From Heptranchias perlo (Eukaryota), in the NCBI RefSeq assembly GCF_035084215.1, contig NW_027139217.1, positions 372,001-436,000 on the forward strand: DNA of 64,000 nt, written 5' to 3'. This document shows, piece after piece, positions 1 through 12,296 of this stretch (positions within the stretch are counted from its first letter, which is position 1; every line of letters starts with the position of its first letter). The notes below the pieces were generated by a model. It searched no databases, was not told where the DNA came from, and saw only the letters and a list, made by a program, of their open reading frames with translations. Position numbers and translations under genes: made by a program.

Positions 1-65
1 AATTCCAACAATTAAACCCAGATTCGGTCCCTCTGAAGATCCCGGAGTCACTCGGAACGTCCCAT
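1..65 (-). CDS. MHC class I exon 5 (connecting peptide and start of transmembrane helix; runs off the window)
   Basis: Strong polypyrimidine tract and CAG acceptor at 66-95; in-frame DGTFRVTPGSSEGPNLGLIVGI. Confidence 0.88.
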
Positions 66-584
66 CTGTGGGGGGAATAAGGAGGAGGAGAGAAATGAAT
101 AACGACAGTCGCTGCTGATTAGGAAGTAATGAGACCAAAGCTGTGCCTGAGACTGAGTTCGATTCGAGTCTGCGATGTGATGGGCAGTCTGATCAGAGCA
201 AGTTGGAGGTTAGAAAGTTCAGCGTGGCTTTGATTCCACTCCTGGGAAGCACTTTGGGACGTTTCTCTCCATTAAAGGCACTTTATAAATACAAGTTGTT
301 GCTTGTCTGCAGATATTGGAATTACCCATCAGTCCAAAGTCATTACGAGTCCCCTCCACAAGTGAGGAATCCCCAGCACAGTCTCAGAGTCGGCTGGTGG
401 AAGTATAGTGATGGGTGATACGGTCTTTCTATGGAAGGTTGAGGAGTTCAATGGACTAACGGCCTCCTTCACCTGACACACAGATCCCAGCCAGTCAATA
501 ACTCAGTGTAACCCAGATATATGGTGCTGCTCATTATAGACAGGCAGGTTTGGAAATCTCTTGTATTTCTGAATAAAATTTCCC

Positions 585-790
585 CGTCACAGGTATAGAG
601 GGTATAATTTCAAAGTTTGCAGCTGACATGAAACTTGGAAATGTAGTAAACAATGTGGAGGATAGTAACAGAGTTCAGGAGGACACAGACAGACTGGTGA
701 AATGGGCAGACACATGGCAGATGGAATTTAACACAGAGAAGTGTGAAGTGATGTATTTTGGAAGGAAGAATGAGGAGAGGCGATAGAAAC
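585..790 (+). mobile_element. CR1 LINE RT fragment in intron 4
   Basis: KFAADMKL...WADTWQMEFNTEKCEVM, matching the other CR1 copies in the window. Confidence 0.85.
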
Positions 791-842
791 ATCTTTAATC
801 CTCAGCCTCAGACTCTCCCCCTGCACTCACTGATCCTCTTAC

Positions 843-1118
843 CCCAGTCTCGGGTCTCCACTCCTGCTTTGCTGCTGTGATCCACCTGACAGGAGTAGGT
901 GGCTCCGTCCTCGGGCCCGATCTCAACCCATCTCTTGATCTGGTAGGTGCCATCGTGGTTGGGCAGGATGCCAGTGGAATCAGTGTCTGAGATCGGCCGT
1001 CCATTTCTCAGGAGGGTGAGTTCGATATCTCGAGGGTAAAACCCCGTGACCAGGCAGGAGAGTTGGGCCGGTTTAGTGTCTGAGGCCTTGTCCACAGAAA
1101 GAAACACTTGGGGAGTAA
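843..1118 (-). CDS. MHC class I exon 4 (alpha3, Ig C1-set domain)
   Basis: 276 nt, AG/GT flanked; LSCLVTGFYPRDI...LPNHDGTYQ...YSCQVDHSS. Confidence 0.97.
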
Positions 1119-1157
1119 CTGAGAGTAAAACAGATCAGAGCCGAGTCAGTGTGAGAC

Positions 1158-1362
1158 AGGGAACGGGACAAACCCCTTTAAACTGGGGATTAGACCCCAG
1201 GGAACGGTACAAACCCCTTTAAACTGGGGATTAGACCCCAGGGAACGGGACAAACCCCTTTAAACTGGGGATTAGACCCCAGGGAACGGGACAAACCCCT
1301 TTAAACTGGGGATTAGACCCCAGGGAACGGGACAAACCCCTTTAAACTGGGGATTAGACCCC
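1158..1362. repeat. 41-bp minisatellite, ~5 copies (intron 3)
   Basis: Unit CAGGGAACGGGACAAACCCCTTTAAACTGGGGATTAGACCC. Confidence 0.95.
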
Positions 1363-1363
1363 A

Positions 1364-1977
1364 TTCCCCCCCTCACTCACCGACTCTCACTCCCCCCTTC
1401 ACTCACCGACTCTCAGTCCCCCCCTCACTCACCGACTCTCACTCCCCCCTCACTCACCGACTCTCACTCCCCCCCTCACTCACCGACTCTCACTCCCCCC
1501 CTCACTCACTGACTCTCACTCCCCCCCTCACTCACCGACTCTCAGTTCCCCCCCTCACTCACCGACTCTCACTCCCCCCCTCACTCACCGACTCTCACTC
1601 CCCCCTCACTCACCGACTCTCACTCCCCCCCTCACTCACCGACTCTCACTCCTCCCCTCACTCACCGACTCTCACTCCCCCCTCACTCACCGACTCTCAC
1701 TCCCCCCCTCACTCACCGACTCTCACTCCCCCCCTCACTCACTGACTCTCACTCCCCCCCTCACTCACCGACTCTCAGTTCCCCCCCTCACTCACCGACT
1801 CTCACTCCCCCCCTCACTCACCGACTCTCAGTTCCCCCCCTCACTCACCGACTCTCACTCCCCCCTCACTCACCGACTCTCAGTTCCCCCCCTCACTCAC
1901 CGACTCTCACTCCCCCCCTCACTCACCGTCTCTCACTCCCCCCTCACTCATCGACTCTCACTCCCCCCCTCACTCAC
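1364..1977. repeat. ~26-27-bp minisatellite, ~23 copies, starting at the exon 3 donor
   Basis: Unit CCCCCCCTCACTCACCGACTCTCACT. Confidence 0.95.
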
Positions 1978-2250
1978 CGGCCCTCAGTTCCCTCTTTCCG
2001 TACTCCAGGTATTTCCTCAGCCACTTGATGCACTCCTCCTCCAGGTACACCTTCAGCTGCTGGTTCCAGGCCCTGTCCTGGTCCCACTTGTTCTTGGTGA
2101 TCTCTCCCCACTGTACCGGTGTTACCCACACCATCTGATCCTTATCGAAGTTGATGAAATCCTCCCCGTCCCAGGCGTACTGGATGATCCCTCTCGTGGT
2201 CCCATCATCCCCCAGATCACAGCCGGTCATCATCTGGAACGTGTGGATTC
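1978..2250 (-). CDS. MHC class I exon 3 (alpha2 domain)
   Basis: 273 nt, AG/GT flanked; IHTFQMMTGCDL...AWDGEDFI...ITKNKWD...VYLEEECIKWLRKYLEYG; Cys pair plus T143, K146, W147, Y159, Y171. Confidence 0.98.
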
Positions 2251-2515
2251 CTGTCAATCAAATGTGTTTAGTTAATTAGTTCGCTCGATTAAACAGTTGA
2301 AATACAGGGGCCTGTGAGAGCCACCGGCACTGAGTGCAGCCGGCACGGAGTGGACCAACCTGGGAGTTTGGTCAGTGAGGGGAGGAGGTGCTCCTTTGCT
2401 TTGCCTCGCTTCTCTCAACGTTTTCTTCAGAGTGACGGCGGAGCTGAGCAGCAGCAGACCGAGAATGGGGATAACTCGGAGCGCAGCAGGAGGCGGGAGC
2501 ACAGGAATCGGCATC

Positions 2516-2737
2516 GGAGCGCAAATAAAGGCCGAGGCTCAAGGGCCTACACTCACTCGGAGTGCAAATAAAGGTCGAGGCTCGAGGGCCTACACTCACT
2601 CGGAGCGCAAATAAAGGCCGAGGCTCGAGGGCCTACACTCACTCGGAGCGCAAATAAAGGCCGAGGCTCGAGGGCCTACACTCACTCGGAGCGCAAATAA
2701 AGGCCGAGGCTCGAGGGCCTACACTCACTCGGAGCGC
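2516..2737. repeat. 43-bp minisatellite, ~5 copies (intron 2)
   Basis: Unit CGGAGCGCAAATAAAGGCCGAGGCTCGAGGGCCTACACTCACT. Confidence 0.95.
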
Positions 2738-2759
2738 AGCAGGAGGTGGGAGCAGACCC

Positions 2760-3897
2760 GGTGGGAACTGAGAGGCGGAGAGGGAACCCGGAGGGAGGGG
2801 ACATGGGGGGGAGCGGGTAGGAGACCAAGGGGAGGGGGGAGGAGACCCGAGGGGAGGGGGGAGGGGACCCAGGGGGAGGGGGAGGAGACCCGGGGGGGAG
2901 GGGGAGGGGATCCGGGGAGAGGGGGAGGGGACCCAGGGGGAGGGGGGAGGGAACCCGGGGGAGCGGACCCAGGGGAGGGGGAGGGGACCCGGGGGGAGGG
3001 GACCTGGGGGGAGTGGGGAGGGAACCCGGGGGAGGGGACCGAGGGGAGGGGGAGGGGACCTGGGGGGAGGGGACATGGGGGGGAGCGGGGAGGGGACCCG
3101 GGGGGAGGTGGGAGGGGGGAGGGGACCCGGTGGGAAGTGGGAACGGGAAGTGAGAAGCGGAGAGAGGACCCGGGGGGAGGGGGAAGGGGACCTGGGGGGA
3201 GGGGTCCCGGGGGGAGGGGGGTGAGGGGACCCGGGAGGAGGGGGTGGGGGGAGGCGGAGGGGTCCCGGGGGGAGGGGGCGGGGGAGGGGTCCCGGGGGGA
3301 GGGGGAAGGGGGAGGGGACCTGGGCGGAGGGGGAGGGGACCCGGGGGGAGGGGTCCCGGGGGAGGGGGAGGGGCCCCGGGGGAGGGGTCCTGGGGGAGGG
3401 GTCCTGGGGGGAGGGGTCCCAGGGGGTGGGGGGAGGGGTCCCCTGGGGATGGGCCATGGGGGGAGGGGTCCCGGGGGAGGGGGAGGGGTCCCGGGGGGAG
3501 GGGTCCCGGGGGGAGGGGAGGGGTCCCGGGGGGAGGGGGTGGGGTCCCTGGGGGAGGGGGAGGTGTCCAGGGGGAGGGGGAGGGGACCCGGGGGGAGGGG
3601 AGGGGTCCCGGGGGGAGGGGGTGGGGTCCCTGGGGGAGGGGGAGGTGTCCAGGGGGAGGGGGAGGGGACCCGGGGGGAGGGGACCCGGGGGGAGGGGGCC
3701 CGGGGCGAAGGGGAGGGGACCCGGGGGGAGGGGGAGGAGACCCGGGGGGAGGGGTAGGGGACCCGGGGGGAGGGGTCCCGGGGGGTGGGGTCCCGGGGGA
3801 GGCGGAGGGGTCCCCGGGGGAGGGAGAGGAGTCCCGGGGGGAGGGGGAGGGATCCCGGGGGAGGGGGAGGGGCCCCAGGGGGAGGGGGAGGGGCCCT
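2760..3897 (+). repeat. G-rich low-complexity array with G-quadruplex potential
   Basis: Degenerate GGGGGGAGGGGACCC/GGGGTCCC units. Confidence 0.9.
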
Positions 3898-5488
3898 GAC
3901 GGTCCAATAGAAACCGAGGAAAATGACAAAAACCAGGAGTGAGGTGACAGGGGAGCAGGTCGGTGATTGGCTGGTTCGTGTCACAGCTGCTTTTTTCCCT
4001 CTGATTTGGGGAATTGAATAAAATTAAAGTAAAAGCCGGGAGGGGAAAAAGAAAACTTCACCTCGTTTATTGACTCGAGTAATGAAACGATCAATAACCG
4101 GTTTTAAGGCTTGATTTGCTTGAGTTTAGTGAATAATCTAAACAATGAGGCCCAGCAGGACAGCTCAGGCCCGTGGAACGCACGGCCTGGACCATGTGGG
4201 AACTCCAGGACGCCTCCCGTCTCCTGGACTGACACGGGTGCAGGAAGTGTCGTCAGCAGGAGGAGCTCGAGCTCCGGGTTTCGGACCTTGACCAACAGCT
4301 GGAGTCACTGCGGTGCATCCGCGAGGCTGAGAGCTCCGTGGACAGCACATTTCAGGAGGTGGTCAACCCGCAGCTTAAGAGAGTGCAGGCAGAGAGGGAC
4401 TGGGTGACCGCCAGACAAGGAGGACCAGGCAGGTAGTACAGGAGTCCTCTGAGGGCATCTCCCTCTCTAATCATGAATACTGGTGAGGGAGAGGGTTCCT
4501 CTGGGGAGTGCAGCCAAAGCCAAGACCAGAGCACCACGGGTGGCTCGGCTGTACGGGGGCGGGGGGAGGAGACAGGTCGGGAGAGCAATTGTGATCGGGG
4601 ATTCTATAGTTCGGGGAACAGACGGGCGTTTCTGCGGCCGCAGGCATGATTCCAGGATGGTTTGTTGCCTCCCTGGTGCCAGGGTCAAGGATGTCACTGA
4701 GCGACTGCAGAACATTCTGGAGGGGAAGGGTGAACAGCCAGAGGTCGTGGTCCATATCAGGACCAATGACATGGGTAGAAACAGAGATGCAGGCAGAGTT
4801 TAAGGTGTTTTTGTGACTGGAAGGCTGTTTCCAGTGGGGTTCCACAGGGCTCAGTACTCGGTCCCTTGCTTTTTGTGATATATATTAATGATTTGGACTT
4901 AAATGTAGGGAACCTGATTGAGAAGTTTGCAGATAACACAAAAATTGTCCGTGTGGTTGATAGTGAGGAGGAAAGCTGTAGACTGCAGGAAGATATCAAT
5001 GGACTGGTCAGGTGGGCAGAAAAGTGGGAAATGGAATTCAATCCAGAGAAGTGTGAGGTAATGCATTTGGGGAGAGCAAACAAGGCAAGGGAGCACACAA
5101 TAAATGGGAGGATACTGAGAGGTATAGAGGAACAGAGGGACCTTGGAGTGCATGTCCATAGATCCCTGAAGGTAGCAGGACAGGTAGATAAGGTGGTTAA
5201 AAAGGCATACGGGATACTTTCCTTTATTAGCTGAGGCATAGAATATAAGAGCAGGGAGGTTATGCTGGAACTGTATAAAACACTGGTTAGACCACAGCTT
5301 GAGTACTGTGCACAGTTCTGGTCACCACAGTACAGGAAAGATGTGATTGCACTCGAGAGGGTACAAAGGAGATTTACGAGGATGTTGCCAGGGCTGGAGA
5401 ATTTTAGCGATGAGGAAAGATTGGACAGGCTGGGGTTGTTCTCTTTGGAATAGAGGAGGCTGAGGGGAGATTTAATTGAGGTATATAT
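3898..5488 (+). mobile_element. Internally deleted CR1 LINE (5'UTR, ORF1 esterase, RT C-terminal half)
   Basis: ORF1 SGNH-esterase motifs AIVIGDSIVRG...CLPGARVKD...HIRTND (4483-4795) joined directly to RT VPQGSVLGPLLF...KFADNTK. Confidence 0.88.
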
Positions 5489-5489
5489 T

Positions 5490-8400
5490 CCCCCCCCGTG
5501 TCGAGAGACACGGGAGGGGGATTCGAGGGAAACGGGGGGGAACAGAGAGACAAGGGTGGGGGCGGATTAGAGAGACATGGGGGGGGAATAAAGAGACACG
5601 GCGGGGGAATAGAGTGACACGGGGGGTGAATAGAGAGAGAAGGTGGGGAATAGAGAGAGAATGTGGGGGGGGGAATAGAGAGAGAAGGTGGGGAATAGAG
5701 AGACACGGGGAGGGGGAATAGAGAGACACGGGGGGGAGTAGAGAGACACGGGGGGAATAGAGAGACACGGGGGGGGAATAGAGAGACACGGGGGGGGAAT
5801 AGAGAGACACGGGGGGGAATAGAGAGACACGGGGGGGGAATAGAGAGACACGCGGGGAACAGAGAGACACGGGGGGGAATAGAGAGACACGGGGGGGGGG
5901 ATAGAGAGACACGGGGGGGAATAGAGAGACACGGGGGGGGAATAGAGAGACACGGGGGGGGAATAGAGAGACACGGGGGGGAATAGAGAGACACGGGGGG
6001 GAATAGAGAGACACGGGGGGAATAGAGAGACACGGGGGGGGAATAGAGAGACACGGGGGGGGAATAGAGAGACACGGGGGGGGAATAGAGAGACATGGGG
6101 GGGAATAGAGAGACACGGGGGGGGAATAGAGAGACACGGGGGGGGGAATAGAGAGACACGGGGGGGGAATAGAGAGACACGGGGGGGGGATAGAGAGACA
6201 CGGGGGGGAATAGAGAGACACGGGGGGGGAATAGAGAGACACGGGGGGGAATAGAGAGACACGGGGGGGAATAGAGAGACACGGGGGGGGGAATAGAGAG
6301 ACACGGGGGGGAATAGAGAGACACGGGGGGGAATAGAGAGACACGGGGGGGAATAGAGAGACACGGGGGGGGAATAGAGAGACACGGGGGGGGAATAGAG
6401 AGACACGGGGGGGGAATAGAGAGACATGGGGGGAATAGAGAGACACGGGGGGGGAATAGAGAGACACGGGGGGGGGAATAGAGAGACACGGGGGGGGAAT
6501 AGAGAGACACGGGGGGAACAGAGAGACACGGGGGGGAATAGAGAGACACGGGGGGGGAATAGAGAGACACGGGGGGGGAATAGAGAGACACGGGGTGGGG
6601 GGGGGAATAGAGAGACGCGGGGGGGAATAGAGAGACACGGGGGGGAATAGAGAGACACGGGGGGGGGAATAGAGAGACACGGGGGGGGAATAGAGAGACA
6701 CGATGGGGAATAGAGAGACACGGGGGGGAATAGAGAGACACGGGGGGGAATAGAGAGACACGGGGGGGGGGAATAGAGAGACACGGGGGGGGGAATAGAG
6801 AGACACGGGGGGGGAATAGAGAGACACGGTGGGGAATAGAGAGACACGGTGGGGAATAGAGAGACACGGGGGGAATAGAGAGACACGGGGGGGGAATAGA
6901 GAGACACGGGGGGGGGGAATAGAGAGACACGGGGGGGGGGAAATAGAGAGACACGGGGGGGAAGTAGAGAGACACGGGGGGGAAATAGAGAGACACGGGG
7001 GGGGATAGAGAGACACGGGGGGGGAACAGAGAGACGCGGGGGTGGGGGAATAGACAGACACAGGGGGGAATAGAGAGACACGGAGGGTGGAATAGAGATA
7101 CACGGTGGGGTGGGGAATAGCGAGACATGGAGCGGGGAATAGAGAGACACGGGGGAAATAGAGAGACACGGGGGGGAATAGAGAGACATGGGGGGGAATA
7201 GAGAGACACGGGGGGGAATAGAGAGACACGGGGGGGAATAGAGAGACACGGGGGGGAATAGAGAGACACGGGGGGGGGAATAGAGAGACACGGGGGGGGG
7301 GGGAAATAGAGAGACACGGGGGGGAATAGAGAGACACGGGGGGGAATAGAGAGACACGGGGGGGAATAGAGAGACACGGGGGGGGAATAGAGAGACACGG
7401 GGGGGGAATAGAGAGACATGGGGGGGAATAGAGAGACACGGGGGGGAATAGAGAGACATGGAGCGGGGAATAGAGAGACACGGGGGGGGAATAGAGAGAC
7501 ACGGGGGAAATAGAGAGACACGGGGGGGAATAGAGAGACACGGGGGGGAATAGAGAGACACGGGGGGGAATAGAGAGACACGGGGGGGAATAGAGAGACA
7601 TGGAGCGGGGAATAGAGAGACACGGGGGGGGAATAGAGAGACACGGGGGAAATAGAGAGACACGGGGGGGAATAGAGAGACATGGAGCGGGGAATAGAGA
7701 GACACGGGGGGGGGGATAGAGAGACACGGGGGGGAATAGAGAGACACGGGGGGGGAATAGAGAGACATGGGGGGGGATAGAGAGACACGGGGGGGAATAG
7801 AGAGACACGGGGGGGGATAGAGAGACACGGGGGGGAATAGAGAGACACGGGGGGGGAATAGAGAGACATGGAGCGGGGAATAGAGAGACACGGGGGGGGG
7901 GATAGAGAGACACGGGGGGGAATAGAGAGACACGGGGGGGGAATAGAGAGACATGGGGGGGGATAGAGAGACACGGGGGGGGGGGATAGAGAGACACGGG
8001 GGGGAATAGAGAGACACGGGGGGGGAATAGAGAGACACGGGGGGGGATAGAGAGACACGGGGGGGAATAGAGAGACACGGGGGGGGAATAGAGAGACACG
8101 GGGGGGGAATAGAGAGACACGGGGGGGGAATAGAGAGACACGGGGGGGGGAATAGAGAGACACGGGGGGGGATAGAGAGACACGGGGGGGAATAGAGAGA
8201 CACGGTGGGGAATAGAGAGACACGGGGGGGGGATAGAGAGACACGGGGGGGAATAGAGAGACACGGGGGGGAATAGAGAGACACGGGGGGGAATAGAGAG
8301 ACACGGGGGGGGATAGAGAGACACGGGGGGGAATAGAGAGACACGGTGGGGAATAGAGAGACACGGGGGGGGGATAGAGAGACACGGGGGGGAATAGAGA

Positions 8401-9742
8401 GACACGGGGGGGAATAGAGAGACACGGGGGGGAATAGAGAGACACGGTGGGGAATAGAGAGACACGGGGGGGGGATAGAGAGACACGGGGGGGGGGAATA
8501 GAGAGACACGGGGGGGGGGGGGGAATAGAGAGACACGGGGGGGGGAATAGAGAGACATGGAGCGGGGAATAGAGAGACATGGGGGGGAATAGAGAGACAC
8601 GGGGGAAATAGAGAGACACGGGGGGGAATAGAGAGACATGGGGGAAATAGAGAGACACGGGGGGGAATTGAGAGACACGGGGTGGTGAATAGAGAGACAT
8701 GGGGGAAATAGAGAGACACGGGGGGGGTATTGAGTGACACGGGGAGGGGGGGAATAGAGAGACATGGGGAGGGGGGAGTAGAGAGACACGGGGAGGGGGG
8801 GAGTAGAGAGACACGGGGAGGGGGGGAGTAGAGAGACACGGGGAGGGGGGGAGTAGAGAGACACGGGGGGTGGGAATAGAGAGACACGGGGGGCGGGAAT
8901 AGAGAGACACGGGGGGGAATAGAGAGACACGGGGGGGAATAGAGAGACACGGGGGGGAATAGAGAGACACGGGGGGGAATAGAGAGACACGGGGGGAGAA
9001 TAGAGAGACACGGGGGGAGAATAGAGAGACACGGGGGGAATAGAGAGACAGGGGGAATAGGAGGAATGGGGGGCAATAGAGAGACACGGGGAGGGGGGGA
9101 GTAGAGAGACACGGGGAGGGGGGGAGTAGAGAGACACGGGGAGGGGGGGAGTAGAGAGACACGGGGAGGGGGGAATAGAGAGACACGGGGGGCGGGAATA
9201 GAGAGACACAGGGCGGGAATAGAGAGACACGGGGGGCAATAGAGAGACACGGGGGGGAATAGAGAGACACGGGGGGGAATAGAGAGACACGGGGGGGAAT
9301 AGAGAGACACGGGGGGGGGAATAGAGAGACACGGGGGGGGAATAGAGAGACACGGGGGGGGAATAGAGAGACACGGGGGGAATAGAGAGACACGGGGGGC
9401 GGAATAGAGAGACACGGGGGGGGGGAATAGAGAGACACGGGGGGGAATAGAGAGACCCGGGGGGAATAGAGAGACACGGGGGGGAATAGAGGGACACGGG
9501 GGGGGGGGAATAGAGAGACACGGGGGGGAATAGAGATACACGGCGGGAATAGAGAGACACGGGGGGAATAGAGAGACAGGGGGAATAGGAGGAATGGGGG
9601 GCAATAGAGAGACACGGGGAGGAAATCTAGGCACAGGGGAATAGAGGGATTCGGGAAATAGAGAGATTGGGGGAACAGAGGGATTGGGGGAATAGAGGGA
9701 CAGGGGAAATAGAGGGATTGGGGGAGGGAATAAAGAGCCCCC
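5490..9742 (+). repeat. ~20-bp G-tract minisatellite, ~4.2 kb (~200 units)
   Basis: Unit G(5-12)AATAGAGAGACAC. Confidence 0.97.
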
Positions 9743-10232
9743 TGTTGAAACTTAACACTATACCAATGCACTAACACACTCAGACCAGTACCACAAAGGG
9801 AAAAGTTTTACTTTGATTGACTTGGATACAAGGGAAGCTGTATTCTGAACAACGGTCAGAACAACCTCTTCACTGAACAAAGGAAAACAGTTCACATTTA
9901 TACAGTTTAATTAGTGATGTCCACCTGTCATAGAATATGGGCGTACATGTACATTCTTTATTGGTTCAGGTAGTTGATCAATCAAGTAGTGAGCCTGCCT
10001 CCTCTGGACGTCCATAGCTCATTCCTGTTTTGGCATGTAGGCCTCGTAGGCCTGAGCACATTATCCTCCCTACATTCTTGAGCTGGTTATCAGTTGGGCT
10101 GAAGTCAGTCTCAAGGCCACACGGCCTCTCAAGAAACTGTATTCTCATTATATTTTATAGTCAGCAATACCCTTATCTGCTCGGGGGGCCAGACAGTACT
10201 CAGCACCTGCACAGCCAATTTAATTATCAACA
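9743..10232 (-). mobile_element. Putative solo LTR in intron 2
   Basis: TG...CA ends with a 10/12 inverted match (TGTTGAAACTTA vs TAATTATCAACA); minus-strand order CCAAT, TATAAA, AGTAAA; no TSD seen. Confidence 0.45.
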
Positions 10233-10445
10233 TACAAAGGCTTAAACGTAATTACACAATTGTGTCTTTCTGTGTGTGTGTGCTGTTGCTACCCCATTAT
10301 GTGAGCCAAAGAAAGGGGAATAGAGGGACAGGGGAAATAGAGGGATTGGGGGACGGAATAAAGAGCCCCCTCCCCGCTTCTGCCTGCCCCCTTCTCCCTG
10401 ACCCCCCAGGAAGAGCTCGAGTGCAGTGGGAGGTAGAGGACTCAC

Positions 10446-10706
10446 CAACTGTCTGATTGGTCTGGGACATGAGGATCTGAACATAATGCTTCATGCAATC
10501 ATAATTTTCTCGCACCAGCTGTTTCTTCCGCTCCCAGTACTCGGGCCCCTCCCTCTCCTCCATCCAGGACCGCCGTGGGATCAACTCATTCCGATCGCTG
10601 TCGTACATCACAAACTGGGCCTCGTCCACGTACCCGACAGCAACAAACTCCGGCAGACCAGGGATCGGGGTCATTGCGGTAAGAAAATACCGGAGAGAGT
10701 GAGAGC
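10446..10706 (-). CDS. MHC class I exon 2 (alpha1 domain)
   Basis: TTTCAG acceptor and GTGAGT donor, 261 nt; GSHSLRYFLTAMTPIPGLPEFVAVGYVD...EGPEYWER...TNQT with Y7, Y59 and the N86 sequon. Confidence 0.97.
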
Positions 10707-10711
10707 CTGAA

Positions 10712-11135
10712 ACACAGAGAGAGAGAGATCAGGGCATGAACCCCAAAACACCAAACCCAGAGAGAGAGAGATCAGGGCATGAACCCCAAAACACCAACCC
10801 CAGAGAGAGAGAGATCAGGGCATGAACCCCAAAACACCAAACCCAGAGAGAGAGAGAGATCAGGGCATGAACCCCAAAACACCAACCCCAGAGAGAGAGA
10901 TCAGGGCATGAACCCCAAAATACCAACCCCAGAGAGAGAGAGATCAGGGCATGAACCCCAAAACACCAACCCCAGAGAGAGAGAGATCAGGGCATGAACC
11001 CCAAAACACCAACCCCAGAGAGAGAGAGATCAGGGCATGAACCCCAAAACACCAAACAGAGAGCGAGAGAGATCAGGGCATGAACCCCAAAACACCAACT
11101 CCAGAGAGAGAGAGATCAGGCCATTAACCCTAAAA
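10712..11135. repeat. ~41-45-bp minisatellite abutting the exon 2 acceptor
   Basis: Unit (GA)nTCAGGGCATGAACCCCAAAACACCAACCCCA, ~9-10 copies. Confidence 0.95.
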
Positions 11136-11186
11136 ACCTGACACAATGGAGTCCTTGTAAATAAACTCCAACCCACCCACTAACAG

Positions 11187-11369
11187 GGACTGAGGGAGAG
11201 GGGCCTGGGGTAACACACCCACTGACAGACTGAGGGAGAGGGGCCTGGGGTAACACACCCCCTGACAGACTGAGGGAGAGGGGCCTGGGGTAACACACCC
11301 CCTGATAGACTGAGGGAGAGGGGCCTGGGGTAACACACCCACTGACAGACTGAGGGAGAGGGGCCTGGG
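11187..11369. repeat. 40-bp minisatellite, ~4.5 copies (intron 1)
   Basis: Unit ACTGAGGGAGAGGGGCCTGGGGTAACACACCCACTGACAG. Confidence 0.93.
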
Positions 11370-12278
11370 TTTGCTGACGACATTAAATTAGGAGGGACAG
11401 GAAATAGTGTAGACGGGAGCAGGGAGTTGTGAAGGGACAGAGACAGATTAAGTGAGTGGGCAAAACTGTGGCAAATGGAGTTCAACGTGGGAAAGTGTGA
11501 GGTCATCGACTTTAGACCTAAGAAAGATAAATCAGAGTATTTTCTACACGGTGAGAAACTAGGAACTGGAGAGGAACAGAGAGATTTGGGAGTCCAAGTA
11601 CAGAAATCATTAAAAGCCAGTGGAGATACAAAAAGGATTGGGAAAGGCTAATGGAACATTGGCCTTTATCTCGGGGGCTGGAATACAAAGGGGAGGAAGT
11701 TATGTTCCAGCTGTGCAGAGCTCTGGTCAGACCACATCTGGAGACCGTGTTCAGTTCTGGGCACCGCACCTCAGGAAGGATAGATTGGCCTTGGAGGGGG
11801 TGCAGCCCAGATTCACCAGAATGATCCCGGGGCTAAAAGGGTTAAATTACGAGGACAGGTTGTACAGACTAGGCTTGTATTCCCTCGAGTTTAGAAGATT
11901 GAGGGGTGATCTGATCGAGGGTGTTTAAAATGTTAAAAGGATTTGATAGGGTAGATACGGAGAAACTACTTCGTCTAGTCGGGGAGACAAGAACAAGAGG
12001 ACGGAATCTTCAAATTCGAGCCAGGCCGTTCAGGGGTGAAACCAGGAAGCATTTCTACACACAAAGGGTGGTGGGAATCTGGAACTCTCTCCCCCAAAAG
12101 GCTGAGCATTCTGGGGGTTCGTTGGAGCTTTCAAAACTGAGATTGATCGATTTTTGTTGGGTCAGGACATCAAGGGATATGGAGCAAAGGGGGAAAATGG
12201 AGTTGAGGTACAGATCAGCCTTGATCCAATTGAATGGAGGAACAGGCTCGAGGGGCTGAATGGTCTTCTCCTGTTCCT
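11369..12278 (+). mobile_element. 5'-truncated, decayed CR1 LINE (intron 1)
   Basis: FADDIKL...QFWAPHLRKD...RRLRGDLIE...FYTQRVVGIWNSLP and a CR1-type 3'UTR. Confidence 0.9.
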
Positions 12279-12296
12279 CTCTCTCTCTCTCTCTCT

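Noticed and set aside
456-842. Secreted class I isoform via acceptor at 472 (GEGGR-stop) or intron 4 read-through (GKRISECRGRV-stop)
   Set aside because: Weak acceptor, no sense-strand AATAAA found in intron 4, and a strong in-frame TM exon exists at 1-65; needs RNA data
2639-3984. Long Pro-rich and Gly-rich ORFs
   Set aside because: Open in all frames because of G/C low complexity; intronic, with no domain signal
5404-9777. 1300-1450 aa ORFs on the minus strand
   Set aside because: Translations of a stop-free 20-bp minisatellite in three frames
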